DNA of 63,765 nucleotides, the filler included, from Saprolegnia diclina VS20 (lineage: Eukaryota), in the NCBI RefSeq assembly GCF_000281045.1. It is 5 parts of 2 records of this genome, joined end to end, with 100 filler letters (N's around TTAATTAATTAA, not from the genome) between each part and the next. Parts side by side here need not be neighbours in the genome. Positions count along the whole stretch, not along the records: positions 1 to 30,893 come from NW_008246172.1; positions 30,994 to 55,888 come from NW_008246172.1; 3 more parts are not named here. One strand, given 5' to 3'. The notes beneath the pieces were generated by a model. That model saw nothing but the letters and a program-made list of their open reading frames with translations, had not been told where the DNA came from and ran no database searches. The translations under genes were made by a program, and so were the position numbers. The stretch's first letter is position 1, and each line of letters opens with the position of its first letter. Positions 28,062-38,899 of this stretch are shown here, in pieces.

Positions 28062-29157
28062 TTAAGTCGACTCTGTCTTCTCCGCAAGCTTGGCAAGGAT
28101 CAACGCCCGGATGTCGGCCTGCACGGACGATGGCAACTCGCGCGCAGAGGAAGCAACGCGAGGCACCTTGATTGGGCGTGGTGTGCCCGCGAGTTTGGCC
28201 ACCGCCTTGGGCTTCTCGACTGCCTTGGGCTCCTCCACCTTGGCCTTGGGCACAGGTGTCTTGTTGGCGGTTGCTACCTGCTTGGAAGCGTCGTTGATGG
28301 ACGTGGTCTTGGGAGGCAGATCGGTCACGACGGGAAACTACGCGGAACGAAATTGTCATGCAAGTCGAGGACGAAGGCGCGTACACGCGAGCGGTCGACG
28401 ATGAAGACGTAGGTGACGCACTGGTCGGGTTCGAATTTTTTAGCGTCCGGCTCGGTCGTGCGGTGGTTGTAGCCCGGGAAGAGCTGCATGCGGAACGGCC
28501 GGCGCTCCTTGACGACGAAGCCGTTGGCCCGCGCTTGGTCCTCGACGAGCCAGTTGGAGTACGGAGGCTTGGTTTTAAGCGTCACGTGCGCCTCGCCACG
28601 AAGCGCGAGCTTGGGCCGCGCGCTCTCGAAAAAGTCGAGCAGCAGAGCGCGGTTGATGTGAACGCGCTGCTCGCCGCTGTGCGGAAAGTTAAAGATGATG
28701 TAATCAAAGAGCGCCGGCACAGCATCCGAGTGCGGCAGCTTTGAGAGCTTCGTCGCATCGACGCCGTGCATCACATGCGCCTTGGCCTGCGTGATCGACT
28801 GGATGCAAGCGGCCGCGTTCGGGTACTTCTACTGACGCAATATAGAGCGTTGTGGAGCGAAATGCGTGACGCACCTTGCGCACTTCACTCGTCGAGTCGT
28901 ACGACGTTGCGACGAGGTTGGTGCCAGACCCGCCACGATGGGCCACGAGGCCCTTGGAGAACGAAAAGTCTAGGTAGGGTGAGCCTCTTAGCACGGACGG
29001 GGTGGCACGCACCGCCGTCGCCGAGCACGAGGATGCGATCCGCAGGCGTGTACAGCTGTACCGCAGCCTGCGTCTTGGAGCGCTTGTCCATCTTTTTGCC
29101 CTTGAGCTGCTTCACGGCCCGCGCGTCAAAGGCCGCGCCATGCTTCCGCTTACCCAT
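28062..29157 (-). CDS. 25S rRNA (uridine-N3)-methyltransferase BMT5-like / DUF2431 protein; spliced
   Basis: ILVLGDGDFSFS, LVATSYD, HGVDATKL, FDYIIFNFPH motifs. Confidence 0.85.
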
Positions 29158-29540
29158 GCTGATGGAATTGAAATCAGGACACGCCGGATGATTGGTCATG
29201 TTGAACACGAAGTAAGGCTATTCACACGCAACTAAATGTGCCCATAACCTGACGTCTAAACATGTTTTGGAGAATGGAGCCGCGAATGCTCGTCAGATAT
29301 ACAGAAAACGCGTTCCTCTCATGCTGCGACAGAGCTATGTGCATCGTCTAGCGGCGATAGTGACAGCTACAAGGTTCCAACCGCGCAAAGGTGCGTTTTT
29401 CTATCCTCTAGCGTGGGATTGTAGTGTACCCCGGTGTATCAATTGAATCGCGCACGAAACGTCTTGCAACCTTGTGTGCCCCGGGGTGCATACGCCCACG
29501 TTGGCTACCACACACGCGATATTTTTTCCTCGGGCGCAGC

Positions 29541-30746
29541 ATGTACTGCGGCGACGAGGTCGGCGCCTTCGTCGGCGACGTTGGCTCGCTCAGCTCCAAG
29601 TTCGGCTACGCGGGCGAGGACACGCCCAACTGCATCGTCCCGTCGATCGTTGGCTCCAAGCCGAACGCCCCGCGATCGGTCCTTGGGCAGTCGGCCCTCT
29701 TCGCGGCAAGGGGCATTGACGCGCTACCCCAAGCCATCTCGCTCGTCGACGACAAGAACGCGTACGACTGGGACGTTGTGGAGACGCTCTGGACGCACGC
29801 CTTCGAGCAGCTGCATGCGAACCCGTCCGAACACGCGATTCTGGCGTCGCTCTCGCCCTTCGACATGGCGGTCGCGCCCAAGTACATGGAGTTGATGTTT
29901 GAGACCTTTCGCGCGCCGGCCTTTTTCGTCGCCAAGGACGCCGTGCTCAACGCGTTCTCGTTTGGCAAGTCGACGGCGCTCGTTGCGGATGTCGGCGCCG
30001 GTAGCACGCGCGTGGTGCCGGTCGTCGACGGGTTTGCGCTCCACGGATCGGCCCAGCGATCAGTTGTTGGCGGCGAAGCTTTGGGCCTTCAGCTGCAAAA
30101 GATGCTCCTCGACAAGCACAAGGTAGAGATCCAGCCTTGCGTACGAAAATATGGCGACGGCGACGTCCCCGCGGCGCCCGCTATGTCGGACGCGTACTTG
30201 CAGTTTCGGCGTCTCGAAGTCGTGCGCGACCTCAAGGAGTCCCTGTGCCTCATGCCCGAGACAACCTTGAATGAAGAGCTCGCCGAGTCGACTCCCGCAG
30301 ACCCGTACGAACTGCCCGATGGCCAGGTGGTGCTCGTCGGTAGCGAACGCTTCAAGATTCCGGAGAAGCTCATGCACCCAGACGTGATTGGCGCCGACTC
30401 GACAACCGTAGCGACGTCGTCCAAGGGCCTGCACCGTATGCTCTACAGCGCGCTGCAGTCGAGTGACGTGGATGTCCGCCGGGAGCTCTTGAACAACCTG
30501 ATCTTGTGCGGTGGCGGAAGCGCACTTCCCGGCCTCACGGAGCGCGTGCACTGGGAGATGAGCCAGCTTGTGCCGTCGAGCCTTAAGGTGCGCATCACGC
30601 AGATGACTCCGGTGGAGCGCAAGTTTAGTACGTGGATCGGGGGCTCGATCCTCGCGTCCCTCGGGTCGTTCCAGCAGCTCTGGGTCTCCAAGCGCGAATA
30701 CGAAGAACGGGGCGGCGACCACCTCGCGTCTTCGCGCTTCCTCTAG
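29541..30746 (+). CDS. ARP4: Nuclear actin-related protein 4 (ARP4/ACTL6-like)
   Basis: MYCGDEV..V.DVGS...KFGYAGEDTP N-terminus, YELPDG, ERKFSTWIGGSILASLGSFQQLWVSKREYEE. Confidence 0.88.
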   Translation: MYCGDEVGAFVGDVGSLSSKFGYAGEDTPNCIVPSIVGSKPNAPRSVLGQSALFAARGIDALPQAISLVDDKNAYDWDVVETLWTHAFEQLHANPSEHAILASLSPFDMAVAPKYMELMFETFRAPAFFVAKDAVLNAFSFGKSTALVADVGAGSTRVVPVVDGFALHGSAQRSVVGGEALGLQLQKMLLDKHKVEIQPCVRKYGDGDVPAAPAMSDAYLQFRRLEVVRDLKESLCLMPETTLNEELAESTPADPYELPDGQVVLVGSERFKIPEKLMHPDVIGADSTTVATSSKGLHRMLYSALQSSDVDVRRELLNNLILCGGGSALPGLTERVHWEMSQLVPSSLKVRITQMTPVERKFSTWIGGSILASLGSFQQLWVSKREYEERGGDHLASSRFL

Positions 30747-30893
30747 AAGTCGCACCGCCGAGCTGTAATTACTACTAGTGTACTCCTCTATTTAAGCATG
30801 TCCTTGCAAAGCCGTGTCTGTCAAGCGTCTCGAGTACTGGAGGCCACTCCTGCTTACTACCCCAAGAGCTAGACGAGATGACGTCCCGTACGT

Positions 30894-30993
30894 NNNNNNN
30901 NNNNNNNNNNNNNNNNNNNNNNNNNNNNNNNNNNNNNTTAATTAATTAANNNNNNNNNNNNNNNNNNNNNNNNNNNNNNNNNNNNNNNNNNNN
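30894..30993. other. Artificial contig spacer (N44-TTAATTAATTAA-N44); also at 55889-55988, 59834-59933, 62448-62547
   Basis: Identical 100-nt six-frame-stop linker occurs four times. Confidence 0.97.
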
Positions 30994-31300
30994 GCTTGGA
31001 GAGCCGCCTGACTTGAAGTCGTGGATGCTGTCGTGTGACGCGCGTTCGGCGTCCACGCGGCAGCCACATCGAACCAGCACCGCCTCGGCGAACCGACTGA
31101 CTGCGATCTTCGAGCACTGGATCTTGCGAGTATTACATGTCAGAGGTTTGGCGCCCCCCGCGGCAAGAAGCGACGTCGCACTTGAATATGCAATCGACCA
31201 ATATATCAATATGTAGAGGTCTGGGTCAGCGGCCACGTGGTGCAGGGTGTGGCCGCAATACGGGTTGGGCCATTTTCGATTTCGACCACGACAAGAAGAG

Positions 31301-31913
31301 ATGCCCAGCAAGAAGACTGCCGCCAAGGCCGAGGCCGACCCCGCCAAGACGCTCCTCATCAACGAGAAGGGCGAGCTCACGGGCCCGTTCGCGCATGCGC
31401 TCAAGCGCATCTTCCAAAAGTACTCGGAGGGCACGAACGCGCTGACGTCGGAGCAGCTCAACAACTTTAGCAAGGCCTGCAACGACGGCAAGGGCTTCAC
31501 GGAGCAGGAGCTCAACGAGATCCACATGTACTTTGACTGCGACGAGAACAAGGGCCTGACCCAGGTACGCCCTCGTCGGCGAAGTCTGGCATTTGGCTTA
31601 TCGACACTTTGTAGCGCGGCTTCTGCGATATGTACCACACACAGACAAGCGCCGAGCCGAGCGAGACGTGGAAGGACTTGCGCAAGCTTGGGTACGCGCC
31701 AAGCCATTGCAGGACGGCTCATGGACTCATTTTCATGCTAGCTTTGTCAAGCACATTACGGGCCACGAGTGCTATGCGTGCGGCAAGGACGCGACGACGT
31801 CGTGCGCCCGCTGCATCTCGGTGCGCTACTGCTCCAAGGAGTGCCAGACCGAGGACTGGAAGGCTGGCCACAAGCGTGCTTGCAAGCCCAAGAAGTTCCT
31901 CGCGGAGAACTAG
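31301..31913 (+). CDS. Small EF-hand-like + MYND zinc finger protein (two introns)
   Basis: FDCDENKGLT..GF.DMY..QT...P.ETWKDL.KLG EF-hand-like region; CYACGK...CARC..VRYCSKECQTEDWKAGHKRAC MYND. Confidence 0.8.
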
Positions 31914-32198
31914 GCATCATAGTAGAGCGTCGAAGAGGGACCATGTATGTAGAGACTGGAGCCTTGTCGTACGAGTATAATGAATGTACATATGATGATG
32001 ATGAAGCAGTTCTCTTCCTCATCTTGGTCCTTGCATCCGTCGTCGTCGAGCTGGGTCGTCGTATCGTGACGTGTACTGTCTCGCGCAATCCAGCGGCAAT
32101 TTGCGGGAAAGTTTCGTCCTTCCCGTATAATTCCGGTAAAACAGCGGACTTTTCGAGTTTGGTGCCAGGACCACGGAAGCAAGGGACGCGGCAGCACC

Positions 32199-34647
32199 AT
32201 GGGGAAGAACCAGCACAGCAAGGACCGCATGTTCATCACGGCCTCGGAGCACAAGTACCTCTACGGCGGCAAGAAGGAAGAGGTCCGGCGTGCTTACCGA
32301 CGTACGTGCCATGGCGGTCACGCGGGCGCTGACCTATGTGCCTAGGCCTGCCGTTTGACTGCTGCTCGATCTCGCTCAAGCCCTTCGAGGTACGCTGCTG
32401 CTGCATAGCCCTTCGACGCTAGAGCGCTTGGGACATAGAACCCCGTGTGCACGCGCGAAGGCCACCTCTTTGACATTGAGGCCGTCATCCCCTACGTCAA
32501 GGAACACAACATCGTACGCTTCGGCGCAGGCTCTCGGCGCAGCGTGCTCATGCCCACGACGTAGAATCCTGTGACGGGCCAGCCGCTCGCGGTCAAGGAC
32601 CTCATCAAGGTGCGTCGTCGTCGTTGAGCTGGTGCCCATCGCGTGTACTAGCTGCGCTTCCACAAGAACGCCTCGGGCGAGTACTTTTGCCCCGTGACGT
32701 ACAAGGTAGCCGCCATTGCATGCAGCGTATCTGACGCCTGCTATAGGTCTTTACCAACAGCACCAAGATCGCCGCTGTCGCCACGTCCGGCAACGTGTAC
32801 GCCTACGAGGCCATCGACGAGCTCAACATCAAGGCTAAGAACTGGACCGTACGACATGCGTGGGCTCTCTGAGACAAGGTGCAATGCGGTGTTTAGGACT
32901 TGGTGTCGGGCGAGGCCTTCAAGCGCAAAGACATTCTGATTCTCCAGGACCCGACCGACTTTAGCGGCCGTGAGATCGAGAACTTTGAGCATTTCCGCAA
33001 GGCCAAGGAAGCCGAGACGGTACGACTTCCTTATTACTTCATTATTCCGTGCGCACACGTCGCGCGTAGAAGGCCAACCCGACGCCCGAGATGCTCAACA
33101 ACATTCGCGTGACGTCGGCGACCAGCCGCATCCTTCAAGAGGTACGTGGCAGGACAGCCCTGCGCCCCTAAGCCAATGTTATAGATGGAAGCGTCCAAGC
33201 AAAAGAAGCGCCAGCGTGAGGACGAGCTTCGGCGGGGTGAAGCCGAGCGCACGGCGGAAGAGAAGATCATTGCCGACGTGTCGCACTCGACCAAGCCGGT
33301 GCCGGTTGTCGATGGCGACGGCGGCAAGCTACAGGTACACTCATGGGCGAGCGGCAGGAGGTTTATCCTGCCCTCTTTCCTAGTACTCGCGCTTTACTGC
33401 GGGCGAGTGCTCGCGGTCCTTCACGTCGACCGAGCTGGGCCCGGTACTACTTGGCGGTAGTTGGTATCGGTGTCTTATGGCTCGCAGACGACCCGCAACG
33501 CGCAAGCCGTCGCGTCCGAGATGGAAGTCCTCGAGGCGCGCTGGGCTGAGGTCCGCCAGCTCAAGAAGAAGGGCTACGTCCGGCTCACGACGACGCTGGG
33601 CGTCCTCAACCTCGAGATCGACGTCGACATGGTGCCCCGCACGAGCGACAACTTTTTGAGTCTCTGCGAGAAGGGCTACTACGACAACACGGAATTTCAC
33701 CGCATCATTCCTGGTTTTATGGTATATCTTTTTCTGAATCTGCGATTTTGCGCGTTTTGACTTTTGTTGTTAGATGCAAGGTGGCGATCCCACGGGCACT
33801 GGTCGGGGCGGTGAGTCCATTTGGGGCAAACCGTTCCGCGACGAGTACGACAGCCGCCTCGTACGTCTTCGTAGGCTGCCGACAGGATCAAGTTGGCGTA
33901 TTTGTAGCGGCATACGGAGCGCGGCCTCCTGAGCATGGCCAACTCGGGCGTCAACACGAACGGGTCGCAGTTCTTTATCACGTTCAAAGACTGCACGTAC
34001 CTCGACAACAAGCACAGCATCTTTGGCCGGTAGCCAGCTATCAATGTATCGAGTGGATGTAACAATGCACATTAGGGTTGTGGGCGGTATCGAGGTGCTG
34101 GACGCGATCGAAGCCGTCGCCACCGACAAGTCGGACCGGCCGTACGACCGCATCCTCGTCACGTCTGTGCACGTGTTTGAGAACCCGTTCAAGATGTACG
34201 ATACGGCGGCAGCGCTGGGCACGACGGTGCGTCGACGTTGCCGTAGCGCCTGACAATAAGTTTGTGACAACACAGGTGCTCGAGCTCAAGCGCAAGGAAG
34301 AGGCGCCTGTCGTGAAAGGCACGGTTGTCAAGGTCGGCGACGAGTGGGTATGTGGCATCTCAAGTTGCAAGTAAGGTCGAAGGGCGCTGACGGTAGCCTG
34401 CTCTAGGTGGCCTACGACGGCGTCGTGGACGTTGTCGCGCTACCCAAGATTGACCCGTCGGCCGCGCCAGGTAGACTGCATGGTCGAGATTCCCAGAACT
34501 TAGTCTCGATGCTCCGTAGGCGGCGTCGGCAAGTACCTTCCAAAAGCCCCGGTGGCGGCCCGAAAGAAGCCCGACACGGAGCCGCCCGTGGCCAAAAAGG
34601 CCAAGCGCCCCGCGACAACAACGTTTTCCAACTTTGACGGGTGGTAA
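32199..34647 (+). CDS. PPIL2: Cyclophilin with U-box/RING-like N-terminus (PPIL2/Cyp60); many introns
   Basis: [68 protein letters not shown], terminal FSNFDGW. Confidence 0.92.
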
Positions 34648-34933
34648 TTCGCATGCAGCGTCCTGGGTGCAACGATTGTTTAACAAAATACAAGCAAATC
34701 TCTCAACGAATCGCAACTCCTCTACGGCCACCGCCCACGGCTGGTTGCGCGTCAGGGGCTCCAAGTTGGTCGTGAGCCGCAGCTGGCCATTGTATGCGGA
34801 GCCGGTGTCAAAGGCAAAGACACGTCGACGCTCGTGAGCTTTGGCGGGAGTGAGGGGCTCGAAGCACTTGATATTAACTGAGATTAACTGAGAAAACGCA
34901 GACTATGTATCCTTTTACTTTGTCATGTGAAAA

Positions 34934-37888
34934 TTATTCGTCGTCAAAATCATAGATGCCGCGGTGCGTCGCGTAGAGGTGCTCGTAGACGTCGTCGGCC
35001 GAGTCAAAGCCGGCGGCACACACGTAGCACCAGTGCTGGCCGCAGTTGCACGTGATGTGGTTGCAGCCGCCTGTCTTCTCCGTCTCGACAGAGCAGCCAG
35101 GGCACGCCACCGTCACGGGCGTCACCGTACCAGTGGTAGCAGCCCGGGCGGTGGCCGCGGCGACGCACTCGGTGCAGCGGAACGTCGCGACGTCGTACGG
35201 CGGCTCGACCGCGCACGTGCGCTCGATGAGCTCCTTGACCTTGTAGCAGCCGAGGCACCAGCCATAGTACATATCTGCGCGCCACGTCATTTTGGACGCG
35301 ACGAGCGCACAGGCCTGCCGGTTGTGCTTGCGGAGCACACCGAGCGTCGGCTGGCGACGGCAGAACGGACACCCGAGGGTGGACGCGAGCACCATTTTGC
35401 CCGGCTGCACGGCGCCGTACCACCGCGACAGGCACGGCTCGCAGCACTTGGTGTTGCAGCGTCCGCATGCCGACGTCAGCGCTGGCAGCGTCAGCTCGTC
35501 AAAGCAGAGGTTGCAAACGTCCTTGAGCGTCCCGGACACGACCGTGTCGCGGATCGACGCCACGAGCGCGTCGGCGTTGTGCACTCGCTTGCCGTCGACG
35601 ATCACCTGCGTTGTTAGCGCTTGGTTCGTCGCCTCTTTGGCGCTGAAGAGCAGATCGTGTTTGAGCGTAAACATCTTGAAGTAGTTGATGGTTCGGTCGA
35701 AGGCCATGGCTGCAAACGACGCAGCGGTCGTCGGGCGTGTCCACTGCAAGTCGGCGAGGATACCCGGGTTGGCCGTCAATAGCGCCTGCAGCGTGAGCGT
35801 CGTCGGCGCGGTGGCTTTCGCTGGCGTCGCCGTGCACACGGCGCAGGCGTTGGGGTGCACGGCCGCGTAGAGCCCGGCGGGGTCGACAAAGTCGTTCCAG
35901 CACCCGTTGCAGTGGTACATCGCCGGCTTGTGCTTGGCGCCGGTGCGGCAGTAGAAGCACTTGGGCGTAATGTTGAGAAGGTCGGTTTGAACGACAGCGT
36001 ACAGACCGTGGCAGCCCCGGCACTCGACGAGGTGCGAGTTGGCGCCGGGCACGGCGGCCTTGGCCTGGATGGCCTTGGCTTCCTCGACGCCCGATGTAAA
36101 GCAGAGCGCGCACATGTCGGGTGTCACCATGAGCGAGCAGCTCGTGTCGACGCCGCACGAAGCACAGCGCACCTTGGTATCAGGCCACAGCTGCGTCTTG
36201 GTCGGCGAAAACCCGAGCGTGACATCGACGTCCTTGGTGGCTGCGAGCCGGAGCCGGTGCACGTGGTAGAGCTGCGTGTAGATTCGCGCTTCCTTCTCGG
36301 TCAAGTAGGCGCGGCCGCGGTAAAGCAGCTTGATAAACTCGAGCGAGAGAACCTCGGGAAAGTCCACGACGTTGTCCAGCGGAATCCAGCGCCCGCGGAT
36401 CGACGTCAGATACGCCTCGGCGCGCTGCGCAAGAAGCGCGTTCTCCGAGAGGCAGCAGAGGAGCGCCATGACCGCTGCACCCTTGGTCGAAAAGGTCGTG
36501 CCGGGCAAAATCAAGTGCGGCAGAAACGAAAAGAGGTGCTCGTTCGAGATGGTCTCTGGGAGATGCATGATGGACGCCTCGTCCATCGCTGTCTCGACCG
36601 ACGGGTATATGCGCAAGTGCGTGAGAAGCGACTGCACGGCGGCAAGGACGCCGGGGTTGGGCGCCCGAGCGAGTGACCGGACGTCGTCCTTGTCGATCGA
36701 GAACGCCGCTGCCTCGAGCACGTAGCTAGCGCCACTCGGGAGCGCCCGAAGCGTGTCGTGGATGAAGTCACTGTTGTCGTGAGACGCGTCGAGCCACTCC
36801 TGCACCTGGCGCTTATCAGTCTCGCTGAGCGCCGGGATGCACGTCGAGAGCTGCGTCGAGAGAGTCTGAAGGCGCTCGTCGAGGCGACGACCACACACGA
36901 GGCGCCAGAGCTTCCCGAGTACCGGGTTGTACGTCAGCGACAGGACGTTCTCGGGCGTAAACACCTCTGTAAACGTTGCGTAGACCAAGTTGCGGAAAGC
37001 CTCGTTGGACTTGAAGAGCACGGGGAGCTGACCGAGGTCTTCGACCATGCTAGCATGCGACTCGAACGAAAACGGCTGGGTGGACGAAGTCAGACCGTGA
37101 ATGCTGCCAAGCTGCGTTTCCTTCTCGGCCGTGAACGTCGGGTCCAAGTGCACGCCGGTGCGCGAGATGTTGGTGACGCGCAACTCGTCCGCGCACGCAA
37201 AGTCCTGGCCCATGAGCTGGAGGAGGAGACCAATCGTCGACTTTGTGATCATCGTCGGCGTCCGTGACGTCAGGACGGTCACGGGACCCAAGAGGGCGTA
37301 GAAGACGGCAGACGACATCGTCGCCTCCGGCGTGTAGTGGTTCGAATGAAACGTGTACACCGGGACACGCTTGGACTGCAGCGTCTTTTGAATCCCAAAC
37401 CAGTCGCTTCCGGCGGTGTACGCCGGGTTACCGGCAATCGCTGCGACTTCTTGCTTCAAGTACGCGGACGTCGTGGCCGGGTGGTGCGGCGGCGCATCCG
37501 TGTACAAGAAGACGACCGCATCGGTGGCCTGGACCGCGTTGATGGTGGCAACGACGGCGTTGAGAGCGGTCTTGACGGCCTCCGGGTAGTCCCCGCCACC
37601 GCTCGGGCGGAGCTTGGCGACGAACGTCTTGATCTCGTCGTTCGAGTGCGTGCGCTGCCCGACGCTCGTCAAGACGGCGGCGTCGTCGCAGTAGTCCTTG
37701 TACGACACGACATGAAGCTTGAGGCGGCCGTTGAAGAGGAGCTCCGTGAGTGCAAACACTTGGTTGATCGTGCTGCTGAGCGACGCCACGTACGAACCCA
37801 TGGATCCGGTGGTGTCGCAGACGAGGAAGAGGTCGACGACCGGGCGCTTCTCGAATGTCGACGGCTCGGCTTCGGCGTGCGGCTCCAT
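34934..37888 (-). CDS. vWA domain + Cys-rich fingers + RING + RBR Rcat (Ariadne-like) protein, paralog A (984 aa, intronless)
   Basis: DTTGSM MIDAS, GGGDYPEA, TDAPPH; RING CNLC..C..C..CEPC..CPFC; CPGC...EKTGGCNHITCNCGQHWCYVC. Confidence 0.9.
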   Translation of the reverse strand: MEPHAEAEPSTFEKRPVVDLFLVCDTTGSMGSYVASLSSTINQVFALTELLFNGRLKLHVVSYKDYCDDAAVLTSVGQRTHSNDEIKTFVAKLRPSGGGDYPEAVKTALNAVVATINAVQATDAVVFLYTDAPPHHPATTSAYLKQEVAAIAGNPAYTAGSDWFGIQKTLQSKRVPVYTFHSNHYTPEATMSSAVFYALLGPVTVLTSRTPTMITKSTIGLLLQLMGQDFACADELRVTNISRTGVHLDPTFTAEKETQLGSIHGLTSSTQPFSFESHASMVEDLGQLPVLFKSNEAFRNLVYATFTEVFTPENVLSLTYNPVLGKLWRLVCGRRLDERLQTLSTQLSTCIPALSETDKRQVQEWLDASHDNSDFIHDTLRALPSGASYVLEAAAFSIDKDDVRSLARAPNPGVLAAVQSLLTHLRIYPSVETAMDEASIMHLPETISNEHLFSFLPHLILPGTTFSTKGAAVMALLCCLSENALLAQRAEAYLTSIRGRWIPLDNVVDFPEVLSLEFIKLLYRGRAYLTEKEARIYTQLYHVHRLRLAATKDVDVTLGFSPTKTQLWPDTKVRCASCGVDTSCSLMVTPDMCALCFTSGVEEAKAIQAKAAVPGANSHLVECRGCHGLYAVVQTDLLNITPKCFYCRTGAKHKPAMYHCNGCWNDFVDPAGLYAAVHPNACAVCTATPAKATAPTTLTLQALLTANPGILADLQWTRPTTAASFAAMAFDRTINYFKMFTLKHDLLFSAKEATNQALTTQVIVDGKRVHNADALVASIRDTVVSGTLKDVCNLCFDELTLPALTSACGRCNTKCCEPCLSRWYGAVQPGKMVLASTLGCPFCRRQPTLGVLRKHNRQACALVASKMTWRADMYYGWCLGCYKVKELIERTCAVEPPYDVATFRCTECVAAATARAATTGTVTPVTVACPGCSVETEKTGGCNHITCNCGQHWCYVCAAGFDSADDVYEHLYATHRGIYDFDDE

Positions 37889-37916
37889 GGTTGGCTGCTG
37901 CTGCTTGAAGGAAAGG

Positions 37917-37932
37917 CAAATGGTAAATGAAC
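37917..37932 (-). promoter_or_regulatory. Oomycete Inr+FPR core promoter of vWA-RBR paralog A
   Basis: TTCATTTACCATTTG on the minus strand ~30-45 nt upstream of ATG 37888. Confidence 0.55.
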
Positions 37933-38899
37933 TCGAGTGTCAGCGAGGCTCGGGCACCGTTCATTGTGCGCAGATCGATGGTGCGGGAAGCAACCTTCAC
38001 TCGCGCCGTGACTACCTTCACTCAACTTGACCATTTGGTGAACGGAGGTGCTGCCACGTCATGGCGTTGAAGATGGACTGCCGTGCGGACGCACTTCGTT
38101 CGACGAACAGAACGTGCGCGGCATTGACTCGCAGGAACAAACCACAAGAAAATGACGCAGAATATCGTGTCGAAGTGTGCACTTGTAGTGATGGTGCTCC
38201 ATGGGCCAACACCGAAAAAACTCCGGACGACAGGCGCCAGGCTCCCGAACCAGGTTGGTTGAGAGGGGGCTCGTCAGGATGGTGTCAGAAGGGAAGTTTA
38301 TTGCGGTTCGAGGACATCTCGGGCCAGATCCTGGGCGTCCTTTGGCATCGGCCATGGCGCACTGCATATTTTCTTCGCTTGACCAATAAGAATGCTGAAA
38401 TCTAATTCATTTTGTCCAATCACACATCATACACTGTACATGGCGCGGCCAGGCACAGCTTGTCTGCGGGCCATTGTCACCAGGATGCTTCAACCGGGTA
38501 TTTGTACAATCTGCCAGCACGTCGTCACTTGTGCAAAAAGCTCAGAGAAACATAATTTGAAGTGCTCTCCTGCCTATTGCCGGCCTACTAATACCGAGCT
38601 AATACCGAGCTTCTTGGGACGGCCGAGCCCGTAGCATGTCATCGTACTCGGTTCGAGTCGTGCAAGCTTGGGAAGCTGCGCGAGAAAATGTCACAAAAGA
38701 CTGCAGAACATGTAAAATATTCGTTGCTAAACCACCTTCACTCAGCGCAGCGACGCCTTCTGCCGGCCAATAGGCTGAGGTACGCGCCATGGGTACGCGC
38801 CGTCTTTGTATCGTGCAAGTGTTGGCCAAACGGTTGTCAACGATGCTATTTCCCACTTTCAATTCGACGTCCACGGCGCACAGTTGCAGGCTTACATCG

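Noticed and set aside
30938..30949. TTAATTAATTAA motif repeated four times inside N runs
   Set aside because: Artificial six-frame-stop contig linker; gene adjacency across it and the apparent ACC truncation are artefacts
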